A stretch of DNA of 64,000 nt, from contig JAGBDC010000016.1 in assembly GCA_017937705.1 (NCBI GenBank), positions 27,518-91,517 of the forward strand, given 5' to 3'. Position numbers and translations under genes: made by a program. Source of the DNA: Alphaproteobacteria bacterium (GTDB taxonomy: Bacteria > Pseudomonadota > Alphaproteobacteria > RF32 > CAG-239). Positions 29,027 through 40,871 of this stretch are shown here, piece by piece (position 1 is the first letter of the stretch; each line of letters begins with the position of its first letter). The notes under the pieces were generated by a model, which saw nothing but the letters and a program-made list of their open reading frames with translations, was not told the DNA's origin and did not search any database.

Positions 29027-30423
29027 TATTTTCTTTTACCTTTCTTATTTACCAATGCAGCCCTTTTCAATAATCCCTCATATTGATAAGCGATAAGATG
29101 GGTTTGAACTTGACCGACAAAATCCATCGTAACCTGAACCACGATAAGTAAAGTGGTACCACCTAATACAAATGGTACAGAAAGTTTAGAAATCAACACT
29201 TCCGGCAAAATACACAAAGCAGTTAAATATGCTGCACCTAAAACTGTTAATCTGGTAATTACATAGTCTAAATATTCAGCAGTGTTTTTACCCGGACGAA
29301 TACCGGCAACAAAACCTCCGTGTTTTTTCAAATTGTCAGCAGTATCTTCAGGATTGAACACTACTGCAGTATAGAAAAATGCGAAGAAAATAATCAATGC
29401 AGAATACAATGCCAAATACAATGGCTGTCCATGACCAAGTAAACGGCTCAATGTCTGAACCCAACTTGGACCGCTATTAGCAGAAAAGTTAGCAATAGTA
29501 ATCGGCAACAACAGCAAAGAGCTTGCAAAAATCGGAGGAATAACACCTGTCGGGTTTATCTTCAAAGGCAAGTGAGAACTTTCTGCTGAAGTCATTTTCA
29601 TACCCATTTGACGCTTTGGATACTGGATAACTATTTTTCTTTGAGCTCTTTCAACCAAAACAATTACATAAACCAAAGCCAAAACCATAGCCATTAACAT
29701 CAAAATAACCCAAATAGACATAGATCCTACACGACCTAACTCAAAAGTTTGAGCCAAAGCTGTAGGAATATTAGCAATGATACCGACGGTAATAATTAAT
29801 GACGAACCATTACCGACACCTCTTGATGTAATCTGATCTCCGAGCCACACAATAAACATTGTACCGCCAACCAAAGAAACGATTGTTGTAAATCTGAACA
29901 CAAAACCCGGCATAACAACAGCTGATGCGCCACTTCCGGCAGTCATACCTTCAAGACCTACAGCAATACCATAACCTTGAATAATGGTAATCAATACTGT
30001 TAAAACTTTTGTATAGTGAACCATTTTACGGTGTCCAGCTTCACCTTCTTTTTTCAAAGCCGCCAAAGATGGAATAATAGACTGTCCGAGTTGCAAAATA
30101 ATAGAAGCCGAAATATAAGGCATAATATTAAGTGCAAAAATAGTCATACGTTCTAACGCACCACCGGCAAACATATTAAACATACCGAGAATACCATTTC
30201 GGTTATTGTCAAATATTTGAGCCAAAATATGCGGATCAATACCCGGCAACGGGATAAAAGTTCCTAAACGAAAAACAATCAAAGCCAAAATTGTAAACCA
30301 CAATCTTTTCTTTAATTCTTCTGCTTTTCCAAAGGCTGACATATCCAAATTTGCAGCCATTTTTTCAGCAAGTGATACCATTTTTATTTCCTTACAATCA
30401 TTTAAAATAAACACACAGGGCAC
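29026..30423 (-). CDS. secY: Preprotein translocase subunit SecY
   Basis: Protein of 465 aa with 10 TM helices and conserved SecY motifs. The true start is probably a downstream Met (MVSLAEK). Confidence 0.95.
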   Translation of the reverse strand: MPCVFILNDCKEIKMVSLAEKMAANLDMSAFGKAEELKKRLWFTILALIVFRLGTFIPLPGIDPHILAQIFDNNRNGILGMFNMFAGGALERMTIFALNIMPYISASIILQLGQSIIPSLAALKKEGEAGHRKMVHYTKVLTVLITIIQGYGIAVGLEGMTAGSGASAVVMPGFVFRFTTIVSLVGGTMFIVWLGDQITSRGVGNGSSLIITVGIIANIPTALAQTFELGRVGSMSIWVILMLMAMVLALVYVIVLVERAQRKIVIQYPKRQMGMKMTSAESSHLPLKINPTGVIPPIFASSLLLLPITIANFSANSGPSWVQTLSRLLGHGQPLYLALYSALIIFFAFFYTAVVFNPEDTADNLKKHGGFVAGIRPGKNTAEYLDYVITRLTVLGAAYLTALCILPEVLISKLSVPFVLGGTTLLIVVQVTMDFVGQVQTHLIAYQYEGLLKRAALVNKKGKRK

Positions 30424-30516
30424 AAAAGCCCTTTTTAGCTATGATATTAATACATCATATTTTTTTTAATTCAACTAAATAATGCCGATATTCAGCTAAT
30501 TTTTTACACATGAAAT

Positions 30517-31083
30517 CTAAAACACCCAACAGATTGTATTATTGCTGTCATGACAAAGCTCAGTTGCTTTACTTATATTTACGGCTCCCTTAAATTCATT
30601 ACCGTTTCCGGACCCTAGTGTAGCCCCCGGAGCGTTTTTATTAATAGTAATTCTTAAAGCACTTTCCGTCACAGGTAAAGATAAGAGATTTACACACATA
30701 TCTTTGGTCAAATCTCCAAAGCGAATAACAAATTCATCTTTTGACGGATCAAGGTTATGCCCCACGGAACATCTGCCGTTCAAAGCGTGATAGCAATGTC
30801 CGTCATGCAACATTTCTGTCGGCAGAACTAACTGATTAATAACTCTTTCGTTATATAAATCATTTTTATTAGGATTGCCTAACATTAATGTATTATAATT
30901 AGATATAATGGTCGATATTTGATTAGCCGCTTCATTAACCTTAAATTTTTCCATCGCTTTGGTATATCCTGCAATTCCGGCAGTAGATAAAACTCCGATA
31001 ATAGCCAACACACCTAGCATCTCAATCATTGAACGGCCTTTTTCATTATTACATTTTGAGCAAACCATATATTTAATCTCCAT
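30517..31083 (-). CDS. Prepilin-type N-terminal domain protein (type IV pilin or pseudopilin-like) inserted between rplO and secY
   Basis: ...NNEKG|RSMIEMLGVLAIIGVLSTAGIAGY has Gly at -1 and Glu at +5. The track start at 31137 lies inside the rplO terminator hairpin, so I used the ATG at 31083. The exact start is uncertain. The mature part of about 160 aa contains 5 Cys. Confidence 0.55.
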   Translation of the reverse strand: MEIKYMVCSKCNNEKGRSMIEMLGVLAIIGVLSTAGIAGYTKAMEKFKVNEAANQISTIISNYNTLMLGNPNKNDLYNERVINQLVLPTEMLHDGHCYHALNGRCSVGHNLDPSKDEFVIRFGDLTKDMCVNLLSLPVTESALRITINKNAPGATLGSGNGNEFKGAVNISKATELCHDSNNTICWVF

Positions 31084-31119
31084 CTTTTTATAAGTATATT
31101 CAAGCCTTATAAAAAAACA

Positions 31120-31160
31120 ACAAAAAAAGCAGGCCATAAGACCTGCTTTAGTTTTTGCTT
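31120..31160 (-). terminator. rplO intrinsic terminator
   Basis: On the minus strand, AGCAGG-ucuuaugg-CCUGCU followed by UUUUUUUGUUGUUUUUUU, placed 10-40 nt after the rplO stop codon. Confidence 0.6.
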
Positions 31161-31166
31161 ATTCAA

Positions 31167-31631
31167 TTAAGCGATAATGTTTACTTTACCGCCAGCTTTT
31201 TCAATTGCAGCAACAGCAGCTTTAGAAGCTGAATTTACTGAAACTGTAACAGCCGATGTAACAGCACCGCGAGCCAACAAACGAACACCATCATAGGTTT
31301 TGTTGATAAGACCTGCATTGCTCAAAGCTTCCAAATCAACGTTATCTGCTTTCAATTTTCCGGCATCAATAGCTGTTTGCAATGTGTCAAGGTTGATAAC
31401 TGCAAAAACTTTAGCAAACGGATTATTGAAACCACGTTTCGGAAGTCTGCGGTAAATAGGCATTTGACCGCCTTCAAATCCATTGATAGCAACACCGCTA
31501 CGTGATTTTTGGCCTTTTTGACCGTGGCTTGAAGTTTTACCTTTGCCACTACCAATACCACGACCAACACGAATACGATTTTTGGTTGCTCCTTGGTTAT
31601 CTTTTAATTCATTAAGTTTCATATCTTTCAC
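31167..31631 (-). CDS. rplO: 50S ribosomal protein L15
   Basis: Protein of 154 aa, conserved. Confidence 0.95.
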   Translation of the reverse strand: MKDMKLNELKDNQGATKNRIRVGRGIGSGKGKTSSHGQKGQKSRSGVAINGFEGGQMPIYRRLPKRGFNNPFAKVFAVINLDTLQTAIDAGKLKADNVDLEALSNAGLINKTYDGVRLLARGAVTSAVTVSVNSASKAAVAAIEKAGGKVNIIA

Positions 31632-31687
31632 CTAACATTTTATCTGTCGGAAGGCAAGTCTTGAAGCACAAGACTTGCCCCAACATA

Positions 31688-31870
31688 TTAATCTACGATT
31701 TGAACCAAGTGAGGAATTTTATTAACCATTCCTCTGATTGCTGCAGTATCTTCTAACTCAACAACCTTGTTCATTTTGTTCAATCCAAGTCCGATAAGAA
31801 TAGCTTTTTGCTTTTCCGGGCGACCGATTGGGCTTGCGATTTGTTTAACTTTAATAGTTTTTTTAGTCAT
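31688..31870 (-). CDS. rpmD: 50S ribosomal protein L30
   Basis: Protein of 60 aa starting [16 protein letters not shown]. Confidence 0.9.
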   Translation of the reverse strand: MTKKTIKVKQIASPIGRPEKQKAILIGLGLNKMNKVVELEDTAAIRGMVNKIPHLVQIVD

Positions 31871-31873
31871 CGA

Positions 31874-32434
31874 TTAAGCCTCCTCTTTCTCAACCTTAAC
31901 TGCAGAACCTTCTCTGCGGCTAACGATATCGCCAACTTTCTTACCTCTCTTGGCAGCAACCATTCTCGGAGAATTAATAGCTAACAAAGCGTCAAAAGTA
32001 GCTTTAATCATATTGTATGGATTGTTAGAACCCAAAGATTTAGCAACTACGTCTTGTACACCTAATACTTCGAAGATTGCACGCATCGGACCACCTGCGA
32101 TCACACCGGTACCGGCAGGAGCAGTTCTCAAAATAACTTTACCTGCGCCATAGTGACCGTGAACATCGTGGTGCAATGTTCTACCTTCACGTAAAGGAAT
32201 ACGAACCATATTCTTTTTAGCTTCGTTAGTAGCTTTGGTAATAGCTTCCGGAACTTCGGCAGCTTTACCAGAACCGAAACCTACGCGACCTTTTTGGTCA
32301 CCAACTACTACAACAGCAGCAAATGACATTGTACGGCCGCCTTTAACGGTTTTAGCTACACGATTAATGTGAACCAGTTTTTCAACCAATTCTTCTTTCT
32401 TTTCTGTTTTACGACGATCTACAGCTTGTGACAT
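31874..32434 (-). CDS. rpsE: 30S ribosomal protein S5
   Basis: Protein of 186 aa, conserved. Confidence 0.95.
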   Translation of the reverse strand: MSQAVDRRKTEKKEELVEKLVHINRVAKTVKGGRTMSFAAVVVVGDQKGRVGFGSGKAAEVPEAITKATNEAKKNMVRIPLREGRTLHHDVHGHYGAGKVILRTAPAGTGVIAGGPMRAIFEVLGVQDVVAKSLGSNNPYNMIKATFDALLAINSPRMVAAKRGKKVGDIVSRREGSAVKVEKEEA

Positions 32435-32445
32435 CTTAACTCTCC

Positions 32446-32808
32446 TTAGAATTTCAAACCAGCTTCACGAGCCGCATCAGCCAAGGCCTTAACACGACCA
32501 TGATAAATGTAACCGCCGCGGTCAAATACCACTTCACTTACACCGGCTTTCAAAGCTCTTTCAGCAACAGTTTTACCAATAACACCAGCTGCTGCAACTG
32601 TAGAAGTCTTTTGAACATTCTCTCTTACTTCTTTATCTAAAGTAGAGGCAGAAGCAACAGTTGCACCTTTAATGTCGTCAATGATTTGTGCGTAGATATG
32701 CTTACCACTGCGGAAAACAGACAATCTCATTTTGCCGTTTGCAGCGTTTTTCAAAGCTGTTCTTACGCGTGCTTGTCTTTTCTTAAACAATTTTCTTGGC
32801 GTATTCAT
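32446..32808 (-). CDS. rplR: 50S ribosomal protein L18
   Basis: Protein of 120 aa. Confidence 0.95.
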   Translation of the reverse strand: MNTPRKLFKKRQARVRTALKNAANGKMRLSVFRSGKHIYAQIIDDIKGATVASASTLDKEVRENVQKTSTVAAAGVIGKTVAERALKAGVSEVVFDRGGYIYHGRVKALADAAREAGLKF

Positions 32809-32819
32809 TAAACTAATCC

Positions 32820-33359
32820 TTACTTTTTCTTGCCTTCTTTACGACGGACATATTCACCGGTATATCTTACACCTTTACCTTTATAAGGTTCAGGCTTTCT
32901 ATATTCGCGAATTTTGTCTGCGACTTGACCAACAAGTTGTTTGTTTGTTCCGAAAACAGTTAATTGTGTCGGAGAAACGCAAGTAATTTTAATGCCTTCA
33001 GGAGCTTCAAAAATCACATCGTGAGAGAAACCCAAAGACAATACCAACTTGTCAGCGCCTTCCATTCTGGCTTTATAACCTACACCAATCAATTCTAATT
33101 GTTTGGTGAAACCTTCGCTCACACCTTTAACGATAGAGTTAATTTGAGCTCTGGTTGTGCCCCATAAAGATCTGGCTTGTTGTGATTGACTCAACGGAGT
33201 AACCACAATTTTATTTTCTTCCAATTTGGTGTCAACATAGCCTTGGTCAAAAGTAAAAGACAGTTCACCAAGTTTACCTTTAACGGTAACAGTGCTGTTT
33301 TCAATAGTAGCACTAACACCTTCAGGGATAATAACTGGATATTTACCAACTCTAGACAT
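32820..33359 (-). CDS. rplF: 50S ribosomal protein L6
   Basis: Protein of 179 aa. Confidence 0.95.
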   Translation of the reverse strand: MSRVGKYPVIIPEGVSATIENSTVTVKGKLGELSFTFDQGYVDTKLEENKIVVTPLSQSQQARSLWGTTRAQINSIVKGVSEGFTKQLELIGVGYKARMEGADKLVLSLGFSHDVIFEAPEGIKITCVSPTQLTVFGTNKQLVGQVADKIREYRKPEPYKGKGVRYTGEYVRRKEGKKK

Positions 33360-33371
33360 ACCAATTCTCCC

Positions 33372-33770
33372 TTAAAATACCTGACAAAGAATTTCACCGC
33401 CAACATTAGCTTTGCGAGCATCGCTATCGCTCATAACACCTTGCGGAGTTGAAACAATAGAAATACCTAAGCCATTGTACACTCTGGGAAGATCTTTAAC
33501 GCTAGAATAAACGCGACGACCCGGAGTAGAAACACGGTAAATTTCTTTAATTACAGAAGCACCTTCAAAGTACTTCAGTTGAATGCGAAGTTCATCAATA
33601 CCGGCTTTAACGTTATATTTTTCATAACCCAAAATGTAGCCTTCTTTTTTCAAAACTTCTAATACGCTTTCACGCAAGCGAGAAGCAGGAGAGATAACTT
33701 CCTTTTTCTTCGCGCTTTGTGCGTTTCTAATGCGTGTGAGCATATCGCCCAAAGGATCAGACATAGACAT
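33372..33770 (-). CDS. rpsH: 30S ribosomal protein S8
   Basis: Protein of 132 aa. Confidence 0.95.
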   Translation of the reverse strand: MSMSDPLGDMLTRIRNAQSAKKKEVISPASRLRESVLEVLKKEGYILGYEKYNVKAGIDELRIQLKYFEGASVIKEIYRVSTPGRRVYSSVKDLPRVYNGLGISIVSTPQGVMSDSDARKANVGGEILCQVF

Positions 33771-33785
33771 CTAAATAACCTCCTA

Positions 33786-34091
33786 CTACCAGCTTGATTT
33801 AACCAATCCTGGGATTTCGCCGAAGCTTGCCATTCTTCTCAATTCATTACGGCAAAGCTTAAATTTGCGATAAACCCCACGTGAACGACCGGTGTTCTCA
33901 CAACGATTCTTAATACGAACACGAGAAGAACTACGCGGTAATTCTGCTAATTTTAATACTTTCTTGAAGCGTTCTTCAGGAGAAGTATTTTTATCTTTAA
34001 TCTCTGCAACCAATTTGCTGCGTCTTGCTGCAAATTTTTCGGCTTTAGCGATTCTTTTTAAGTTTCTGTAAACTGAACTTGTTTTAGCCAT
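33786..34091 (-). CDS. rpsN: 30S ribosomal protein S14 (long form)
   Basis: Protein of 101 aa. Confidence 0.95.
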   Translation of the reverse strand: MAKTSSVYRNLKRIAKAEKFAARRSKLVAEIKDKNTSPEERFKKVLKLAELPRSSSRVRIKNRCENTGRSRGVYRKFKLCRNELRRMASFGEIPGLVKSSW

Positions 34092-34104
34092 AATTTATCT
34101 CCGC

Positions 34105-34644
34105 TTAGTTCTTAATCGGTAAGTTAAAACTGGTCAAAAGCTCTTTAGCTTCTGCATTAGTTTTAGCTGTTGTACAGATAACGATGTCCATTCCACGAAC
34201 TGCATCAACTTTTTCATAGTTGATTTCAGGGAAAATGATTTGTTCTTTGATACCGAAAGCAAAGTTGCCGCGACCATCAAAGTTTTTGCCTTGAATACCA
34301 TGGAAGTCTCTGATTCGTGGCAAAGCCATATTAACCAATCTTTCCAAGAATTCATACATCTTATCGCGTCTCAAAGTAACTTTACATCCTAAAGGCATGC
34401 CTTCTCTAACTTTGAAAGTAGCGATAGATTTACGAGCATGGGTAATTACTGGTTTTTGACCGGCAATTTGTCCCATTTCGTCAGCGGCATTATTCAATTT
34501 CTTTTTATCTGTAACAGCCTCACTAACACCCATGTTCAACACGATTTTAGTCAACTTAGGAACCTCATGTGGATTGGTGTAACCGAATTTTTCCACAAGA
34601 GCTTTCTTAATGACTTCATTATACAATTTTTCAAAATTTGTCAT
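34105..34644 (-). CDS. rplE: 50S ribosomal protein L5
   Basis: Protein of 179 aa. Confidence 0.95.
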   Translation of the reverse strand: MTNFEKLYNEVIKKALVEKFGYTNPHEVPKLTKIVLNMGVSEAVTDKKKLNNAADEMGQIAGQKPVITHARKSIATFKVREGMPLGCKVTLRRDKMYEFLERLVNMALPRIRDFHGIQGKNFDGRGNFAFGIKEQIIFPEINYEKVDAVRGMDIVICTTAKTNAEAKELLTSFNLPIKN

Positions 34645-34655
34645 TTTTCAATCCC

Positions 34656-34976
34656 TTATTTATCGATTACTTCACCGGACTTACGGGCAAAACGTACCTT
34701 GCGTCCATCTACTTCTTTGTATCCAACTTTTGTTCCTTTGCCAGACTTGGAATCTACCAAGGCTACATTAGAAACACTAATCGGTGCTTCTTTAGTAATA
34801 ATTCCGCCGGCAGAAACTTGGCTCGGTTTGGTGTGGCGTTTAACTAAGTTAACGCCTTGAACCACAACCTTACCTTCTTTCGGCATAGCTTTTACTACTT
34901 CACCGGTTTTGCCTTTGTCATCACCTGACAAAACAATAACCTGATCACCTTTTTTAATTTTCAACTTAAGGTTCAT
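34656..34976 (-). CDS. rplX: 50S ribosomal protein L24
   Basis: Protein of 106 aa. ATGA overlap with rplN. Confidence 0.95.
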   Translation of the reverse strand: MNLKLKIKKGDQVIVLSGDDKGKTGEVVKAMPKEGKVVVQGVNLVKRHTKPSQVSAGGIITKEAPISVSNVALVDSKSGKGTKVGYKEVDGRKVRFARKSGEVIDK

Positions 34977-35344
34977 TATAATACCTCCGGTGCTAATGAA
35001 ATTATTTTCATAAATTTCTTTGCACGCAATTCTCTGGTAACAGGGCCAAAAATACGAGTACCGATTGGCTCGCCGTCCTTGTTAATCAGAACTGCAGCAT
35101 TAGAGTCAAAACGGATAACAGAGCCGTCTTTACGTCTAATGTCGCTTGCTGTGCGAACGATAACTGCTTTATGGACGTCACCTTTCTTTACACGTCCTTT
35201 TGGCAATGCATCTTTAATCGATACTACGATTACGTCACCGACGGTTGCATGCATTCTTTTAGAACCGCCCAGAACCTTTATGCACTGCACCTGACGTGCG
35301 CCTGAGTTATCTGCAACATCCAGGTTGGTTTGCATTTGTATCAT
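34976..35344 (-). CDS. rplN: 50S ribosomal protein L14
   Basis: Protein of 122 aa. Confidence 0.95.
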   Translation of the reverse strand: MIQMQTNLDVADNSGARQVQCIKVLGGSKRMHATVGDVIVVSIKDALPKGRVKKGDVHKAVIVRTASDIRRKDGSVIRFDSNAAVLINKDGEPIGTRIFGPVTRELRAKKFMKIISLAPEVL

Positions 35345-35359
35345 TTTCTTATTCCTTCT

Positions 35360-35599
35360 CTATTCGGCGTTATCAACTAACACTGTCCAAGCCTTGGTTT
35401 TAGAATAAGGTTTAGATTCAATGATTTTAACCTCATCACCAATCTTGAACTGGTTGTTCTCATCATGAGCAGCATATTTTTTGCTTCTCTTAATGAATTT
35501 ACGATAAACAGGGTGCATAACCTGACGTTCAACTTTAACGACAACGGTTTTATCCTGTTTGTCACTTACTACAACACCTTGAAGAATTCTTTTAGGCAT
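35360..35599 (-). CDS. rpsQ: 30S ribosomal protein S17
   Basis: Protein of 79 aa. Confidence 0.95.
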   Translation of the reverse strand: MPKRILQGVVVSDKQDKTVVVKVERQVMHPVYRKFIKRSKKYAAHDENNQFKIGDEVKIIESKPYSKTKAWTVLVDNAE

Positions 35600-35609
35600 A
35601 TCTTTTCTC

Positions 35610-35807
35610 CTAACTATTCTTCTTACGCTCGGTTAAAAGCGTATTAATTTTTGCAATATCGCGACGAACTTTGCGAATACCTGCGGTATTTTGCAATTGT
35701 CCGGTAGACTGTTGAACTCTCAAGTTAAATTGTTCTTTTTTAGCTTCGAGCAATTTAGCTTCCAATTCATCAACACTCATACTGCGAAGATCCTTAATTT
35801 TTGCCAT
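35610..35807 (-). CDS. rpmC: 50S ribosomal protein L29
   Basis: Protein of 65 aa. Confidence 0.9.
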   Translation of the reverse strand: MAKIKDLRSMSVDELEAKLLEAKKEQFNLRVQQSTGQLQNTAGIRKVRRDIAKINTLLTERKKNS

Positions 35808-35808
35808 C

Positions 35809-36237
35809 TTATGCTACTCCTTGGTCAGAATTGAGGCGTTTTACAAACTTTGTTTTGATTGGGAGTTTTGCAGCACCCAAAGCAAATGCATTGCGAGCCA
35901 ATTCTTCAGAAACACCATCAATCTCAAACATAATTCTGCCTGGTTTCACTCTGGCGCACCAATATTCAACAGAACCTTTACCTTTACCCATACGAACTTC
36001 GGCAGGTTTATCAGATACTGGTACATCTGGGAAAATTCGAATCCATACTCTTCCGGCTCTCTTCATTTCACGTGTAATCGCACGACGAGCTGCTTCAATT
36101 TGACGAGCAGTAATACGATCAGGAGTGAGAGCTTTCAATCCATATGTTCCGAAACTTAATTCCGAGCCACCTTTAGCCAAGCCGTGGATACGGCCTTTGT
36201 GCTGCTTGCGGAATTTTAATCTTTTTGGACTTAACAT
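35809..36237 (-). CDS. rplP: 50S ribosomal protein L16
   Basis: Protein of 142 aa starting [15 protein letters not shown]. Confidence 0.95.
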   Translation of the reverse strand: MLSPKRLKFRKQHKGRIHGLAKGGSELSFGTYGLKALTPDRITARQIEAARRAITREMKRAGRVWIRIFPDVPVSDKPAEVRMGKGKGSVEYWCARVKPGRIMFEIDGVSEELARNAFALGAAKLPIKTKFVKRLNSDQGVA

Positions 36238-36256
36238 TTTCTTATAACCTCAATGT

Positions 36257-36925
36257 TTACTTGTTTTCAGCCAACTTTTTGTCTTGAGCCATTGGATCGT
36301 GAGCCATAATTTCGCCCTTATAGATCCATACTTTTACGCCGCAAGCACCATAAGTTGTGTGAGCAGTTGAAGTTGCATAATCAATGTCAGCACGCAATGT
36401 GTGCAAAGGAACACGACCTTCACGGTATTGTTCTGTTCTTGCGATTTCAGCACCGCCTAAACGGCCACTGCAGCTAACCTTAATGCCTTCTGCACCCAAA
36501 CGAAGAGCTGATTGCATAACGCGTTTCATAGCTCTACGGAAAGCAACACGTCTTTCCAATTGTTGAGCAACACTGTCAGCAACGAGCTGAGCATCCAACT
36601 CAGGTTTTCTAACTTCCAAAATGTTCAATTGAACTTCTGAAGAGGTCAGGTTTTGAATTTCTTTTCTCAAAACTTCAATATCCTGTCCTTTTTTACCAAT
36701 TACTACACCAGGTCTAGCCGAATGAATGGTAACTCTGGCTTTTTTGGCAGGACGTTCAATTACAATCTTGCTGATACCGGCTTGAGCCAATTTATCTTTC
36801 AAGAATTCTTTAATTTTTACGTCTTCATGCAAGTAGCCGGCATAATTGTTGTCAGCATACCAACGAGAGTCCCAAGTGCGGTTAACTCCCAAACGAAGAC
36901 TTGTAGGATTTGCTTTCTGTCCCAT
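36257..36925 (-). CDS. rpsC: 30S ribosomal protein S3
   Basis: Start at [13 protein letters not shown]. The track ORF extends 5 codons further. Confidence 0.95.
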   Translation of the reverse strand: MGQKANPTSLRLGVNRTWDSRWYADNNYAGYLHEDVKIKEFLKDKLAQAGISKIVIERPAKKARVTIHSARPGVVIGKKGQDIEVLRKEIQNLTSSEVQLNILEVRKPELDAQLVADSVAQQLERRVAFRRAMKRVMQSALRLGAEGIKVSCSGRLGGAEIARTEQYREGRVPLHTLRADIDYATSTAHTTYGACGVKVWIYKGEIMAHDPMAQDKKLAENK

Positions 36926-36929
36926 AAAC

Positions 36930-37304
36930 TTACTCCCCACGCTCGGTTACAACGATAGTAATATTAGAGAACGGTTTCAAAACACGAGCTCCTCTTCCGC
37001 GACCGCGAGCATGCATACGCTTCATTACCAAACCTTTTCCGCAATAAGCTTCACTAACATAAAGCTTATCAATGTTTAACTGATGATTGTTTTCAGCATT
37101 TGCAATAGCAGATTGCAAAACTTTCAAAACCGACTTTGCAATTCTCTTCTTTGAGAAAGTGAGTTCTGCAACAGCCTTTTCTACACTTAAACCACGGATA
37201 GTTTGAGCAACAAGATTGAGTTTTTGCGGGCTAGTGCGCAATGCGTTGCAAACGGCTTGAGCCTGATTTGCAGCGAGCATTCTAGTATCTTTAGATTTTC
37301 CCAT
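36930..37304 (-). CDS. rplV: 50S ribosomal protein L22
   Basis: Protein of 124 aa. Confidence 0.95.
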   Translation of the reverse strand: MGKSKDTRMLAANQAQAVCNALRTSPQKLNLVAQTIRGLSVEKAVAELTFSKKRIAKSVLKVLQSAIANAENNHQLNIDKLYVSEAYCGKGLVMKRMHARGRGRGARVLKPFSNITIVVTERGE

Positions 37305-37306
37305 TA

Positions 37307-37585
37307 CTAACTCCTTTTAGCTTTCTTATCTGCAGCGTGGCCGTAGAATGTACGAGTAGGAGCAAATTCACCGAATTTGTGGCCTACCATATCTTCAGTA
37401 ACCAATACCGGGATAAACTTATGACCATTGTGAACACCAAATGTTAAACCTACAAATTGAGGTAACATTGTTGAACGACGCGACCAAATTTTAATAACTT
37501 CATTACGAGTAGAAGCTCTGGCAGCATCTGCTTTCTTCAGAAGATATCCATCAACGAACGGTCCTTTCCATACTGAACGTGTCAT
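37307..37585 (-). CDS. rpsS: 30S ribosomal protein S19
   Basis: Protein of 92 aa. Confidence 0.95.
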   Translation of the reverse strand: MTRSVWKGPFVDGYLLKKADAARASTRNEVIKIWSRRSTMLPQFVGLTFGVHNGHKFIPVLVTEDMVGHKFGEFAPTRTFYGHAADKKAKRS

Positions 37586-37599
37586 TAGCTTATCTCCTT

Positions 37600-38433
37600 T
37601 TATTTCTTATTATCATGACGTGAACGCATAATAAAGCGATCTGTCTTCTTGTTAGAACGAGTTTTACCACCCTTGGTCGGTTTACCCCACGGAGTTGTCG
37701 GATGACGACCACCTGATGTACGGCCTTCACCACCACCCATCGGGTGATCAACCGGGTTCATAGCCACACCACGAGATACAGGACGTAAGCCCAACCAACG
37801 TGCACGACCAGCTTTACCCAAGGATTTATTTTGATTGTCCGGATTTGAAACGGCACCAACGGTAGCCAAACATTCTTCACGAACAATTCTCAATTCTCCA
37901 GAACTCAATTTCAATTGAGCATAACCGGCATCTTTACCAACAACTTGAGCATAGCAACCGGCAGAACGAACTAATTGTCCGCCTTTGCCAGAACGCAACT
38001 CAACATTGTGAACAATAGTACCAACCGGCATATTCTTCAAAGGCATAGCATTACCCGGTTTAATATCAGCTTTTTGAGCAGAAATAACCTTATCACCAGC
38101 CTTTAATCTTTGAGGAGCAAGAATATATGATTTTTCACCATCTTCATAGCTAATCAAAGCAATGAAAGAAGAACGGTTAGGATCATATTCGATTCTCTCT
38201 ACTGTAGCTTCCACATCAAACTTATTACGTCTAAAGTCGATAATTCTGAGTTTGCGTTTGTGTCCGCCACCCTTTCTCCGACTTGTAACATGTCCGAAAT
38301 TATCACGCCCACCGGTCTTAGTAAGACCAATTGTCAAAGACTTCTCAGGAGCGCCTTTATAAAGTTCGCTTCTGTCTACGATAACGAGCTGACGAAGTCC
38401 AGGAGATGTGGGCTTATATGTTTTTAACACCAT
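37600..38433 (-). CDS. rplB: 50S ribosomal protein L2
   Basis: Protein of 277 aa. Confidence 0.95.
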   Translation of the reverse strand: MVLKTYKPTSPGLRQLVIVDRSELYKGAPEKSLTIGLTKTGGRDNFGHVTSRRKGGGHKRKLRIIDFRRNKFDVEATVERIEYDPNRSSFIALISYEDGEKSYILAPQRLKAGDKVISAQKADIKPGNAMPLKNMPVGTIVHNVELRSGKGGQLVRSAGCYAQVVGKDAGYAQLKLSSGELRIVREECLATVGAVSNPDNQNKSLGKAGRARWLGLRPVSRGVAMNPVDHPMGGGEGRTSGGRHPTTPWGKPTKGGKTRSNKKTDRFIMRSRHDNKK

Positions 38434-38436
38434 CTT

Positions 38437-38754
38437 TTAAATTCCTGTTGTAACATCAATATTTTGACCTTCGGCAAGAGTAACCAAGGCTTTTTTGTAG
38501 TCTGAACGACGACCTTCATAACCTCTGAATCTTTTTACCTTACCAAACTGACGAATAGTATTCACTTTAACGACCTTAACGCTAAAAATAGCTTCAACGG
38601 CAGCTTTAATAGCTTCTTTGCTGGCATCTAAAGGAACACGGAAAACAATTTTTCCGGCTTCAGAAGCGAGCATAGACTTCTCAGTGATTACCGGACGAAC
38701 CAATGTATCATACATAGAAGCAACTACATTGTTGGCTTTAACATTCTTTTTCAT
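38437..38754 (-). CDS. rplW: 50S ribosomal protein L23
   Basis: Protein of 105 aa. Confidence 0.9.
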   Translation of the reverse strand: MKKNVKANNVVASMYDTLVRPVITEKSMLASEAGKIVFRVPLDASKEAIKAAVEAIFSVKVVKVNTIRQFGKVKRFRGYEGRRSDYKKALVTLAEGQNIDVTTGI

Positions 38755-39371
38755 TTCAGTCTTTCCTCCAAGCAGTTAACAGCGTCTTTAGTCAACACTA
38801 ATTTGTCCTTTTTCAAGATGTCATAAACATTAGCACCAATTGTCGGCAAAACATCGATACCGGCAATATTACGAGATGCCAATGCGAAGTTAATATCTAC
38901 TTCTTTACCATCGATAAACAAGCAATTGTTAAATCCGCAAACATTCAATTTAGCTTGTAAATCTTTTGTTTTCGGAGAAGACAATTTAGCTTCATCGATA
39001 ACAACCAAGTTACCCTCTTTAGCTTTTGAAGAGAGAGCAATTTTCAAACCAAGTTGTCTGAATTTCTTGGTCAAGTCATGTGAATGATCACGAACAACCG
39101 GACCAAACACGATACCACCCTTTCTAAACTGTGTACCTTTACGGCTACCTTGACGAGCATTACCAGAACCTTTTTGTTTGAAAGGTTTAGAAGGCGACAA
39201 AGCAACTTCCGAACGGCCTTTAGTTTTGTGAGTGCCGGCTTGCATTCTGGCTAATTGCCATCTTACAACCCTTTGCAAAATGTCAGCTCTAACTTCCAAA
39301 CCAAAGATAGATTCGTTAAGCTCAATAGAACCAACATTTTTATTATCTAAACTTAAGATGTCCTGTTTCAT
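38751..39371 (-). CDS. rplD: 50S ribosomal protein L4
   Basis: Protein of 206 aa. Confidence 0.95.
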   Translation of the reverse strand: MKQDILSLDNKNVGSIELNESIFGLEVRADILQRVVRWQLARMQAGTHKTKGRSEVALSPSKPFKQKGSGNARQGSRKGTQFRKGGIVFGPVVRDHSHDLTKKFRQLGLKIALSSKAKEGNLVVIDEAKLSSPKTKDLQAKLNVCGFNNCLFIDGKEVDINFALASRNIAGIDVLPTIGANVYDILKKDKLVLTKDAVNCLEERLK

Positions 39372-39389
39372 AACTTTTTATCCTTTATC

Positions 39390-40109
39390 TTATGCATTAT
39401 CAGCTGTTTCAGCTTTAACTGCGACAGGTGCATCAACTTTTTTCAATCCGGCAGGCAAAGGAAGCTCAACATTAGCAGTTTTCTTTACAGCATCGGTAAT
39501 ACGAACCCAAGCGTTTTCACAACCGGGAACACCACCTTTAACCATAATCAAACCTTTGTCAGCATCAACAGCAACAACCTTCAAGTTTTGAACGGTTACA
39601 CGTTCAGCCCCCATGTGGCCGGCCATTTTCTTGCCCTTGAATACTTTACCCGGGTCCTGTCTTTGACCTGTAGAACCATGAGAACGGTGAGAAATAGAAA
39701 CACCGTGTGTAGCTTCTAAACCAGCAAAATTATGACGCTTCATAACACCGGCAAAACCTTTACCGATAGAAGTAGCACATACATCAACATATTGTCCGCA
39801 GACAAAATGTTCTACAGATAATTCAGCACCAACAGAAAGCAGGCAGTCTTCAGATACTCTGAACTCACCTAATTTCTTTTTAGGCTCAACATTAGCCTTT
39901 GCGAAATGCCCCTTAAGAGCTTTTGAAACATTTTTAACCTTAACGGCACCGGTACCGAGTTGAACAGCAGTATATCCATCTTTTTCTTGTGTCTTTACAG
40001 CAACAACTTGAAGATTTTCAACACTCAAAACTGTTACAGGTACATGAGTTCCGTTTGCTTCAAAAATGCGGGACATCCCTATTTTTTTTGCGATCAAACC
40101 AGTACGCAT
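39390..40109 (-). CDS. rplC: 50S ribosomal protein L3
   Basis: Start at [16 protein letters not shown]. The track ORF begins 6 codons upstream. Confidence 0.95.
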   Translation of the reverse strand: MRTGLIAKKIGMSRIFEANGTHVPVTVLSVENLQVVAVKTQEKDGYTAVQLGTGAVKVKNVSKALKGHFAKANVEPKKKLGEFRVSEDCLLSVGAELSVEHFVCGQYVDVCATSIGKGFAGVMKRHNFAGLEATHGVSISHRSHGSTGQRQDPGKVFKGKKMAGHMGAERVTVQNLKVVAVDADKGLIMVKGGVPGCENAWVRITDAVKKTANVELPLPAGLKKVDAPVAVKAETADNA

Positions 40110-40198
40110 TTTTATTTTCCTTTTCAATTGGTTGACTAACTTTATTTCACGAAAGCCAACATTGCTTTTTATTACGGGTAATTATTTATAACAAACAA

Positions 40199-40510
40199 TT
40201 ACAGTTTAATTTCAACATTTACACCGGCTGCCAAATCAAGCTTCATCAAAGCATCTACGGTTTGCGGTGTAGGATCTACGATATCGAGAAGTCTCTTGTG
40301 AGTTCTGATTTCGAACTGCTCACGAGATTTTTTATCTACGTGCGGAGAACGGTTAACAGTAAATTTCTCAATTCTTGTAGGCAGAGGAATCGGACCTCTT
40401 ACATTTGCCCCTGTCCTTTTGGCTGTATGAACGATTTCTTTTGTAGATAAATCGAGCAAACGATGATCAAAAGCCTTGAGGCGAATTCTTATATTTTGTG
40501 TATCCATCAT
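40199..40510 (-). CDS. rpsJ: 30S ribosomal protein S10
   Basis: Protein of 103 aa. Confidence 0.95.
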   Translation of the reverse strand: MMDTQNIRIRLKAFDHRLLDLSTKEIVHTAKRTGANVRGPIPLPTRIEKFTVNRSPHVDKKSREQFEIRTHKRLLDIVDPTPQTVDALMKLDLAAGVNVEIKL

Positions 40511-40533
40511 TTTTAAATACTTTTCCTATAACT

Positions 40534-40606
40534 AGATGGCACGATTCGGTATGAGCCAAATTTGCCATCTACAAAATTAACCTATGCAAACCCTTGGAAA
40601 CCAAGG
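40534..40606 (-). promoter_or_regulatory. Structured 5' leader of the S10 operon (candidate autoregulatory leader)
   Basis: The 8-bp stem AGAUGGCA...UGCCAUCU (22-nt loop) lies 24-60 nt upstream of rpsJ. It is followed by a second hairpin, CCUUGG-aaa-CCAAGG. The metG terminator further upstream implies an independent S10 promoter. Confidence 0.35.
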
Positions 40607-40842
40607 AACTGCGGGATATTTCATATTACAACCGAGCAGGCATAATCTGCCCAAACCCAGTTAATGTGAGCGCTTTGTAACATATCTGATATTATATTGC
40701 AAGCAAAAAAATCAATTTTCTTCTATTTTTTTACAAACGATGAATCGCTTATCCAGACTCTTATTGAGTCAAATTCCATTATTAACTTTTGACACACTTT
40801 AGACAAAAACGCCTTATAATAGAAATGACATAGTCAAATATA

Positions 40843-40870
40843 AAAAAGGGCTTTTAATAAGCCCTTCTTT
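40843..40870 (-). terminator. metG intrinsic terminator
   Basis: On the minus strand, AAGGGCUUAUUAAAAGCCCUU followed by UUUUUAUAUUU, starting 2 nt after the metG stop codon. Confidence 0.6.
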
Positions 40871-40871
40871 A

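Noticed and set aside
31084-31137. ORF-track start (MACFFCCFFIRLEYTYKK...) for the pilin-like gene
   Set aside because: The start codon lies in the loop of the rplO terminator hairpin. The following residues translate the terminator U-tract. A downstream ATG at or after 31083 is the more plausible start.
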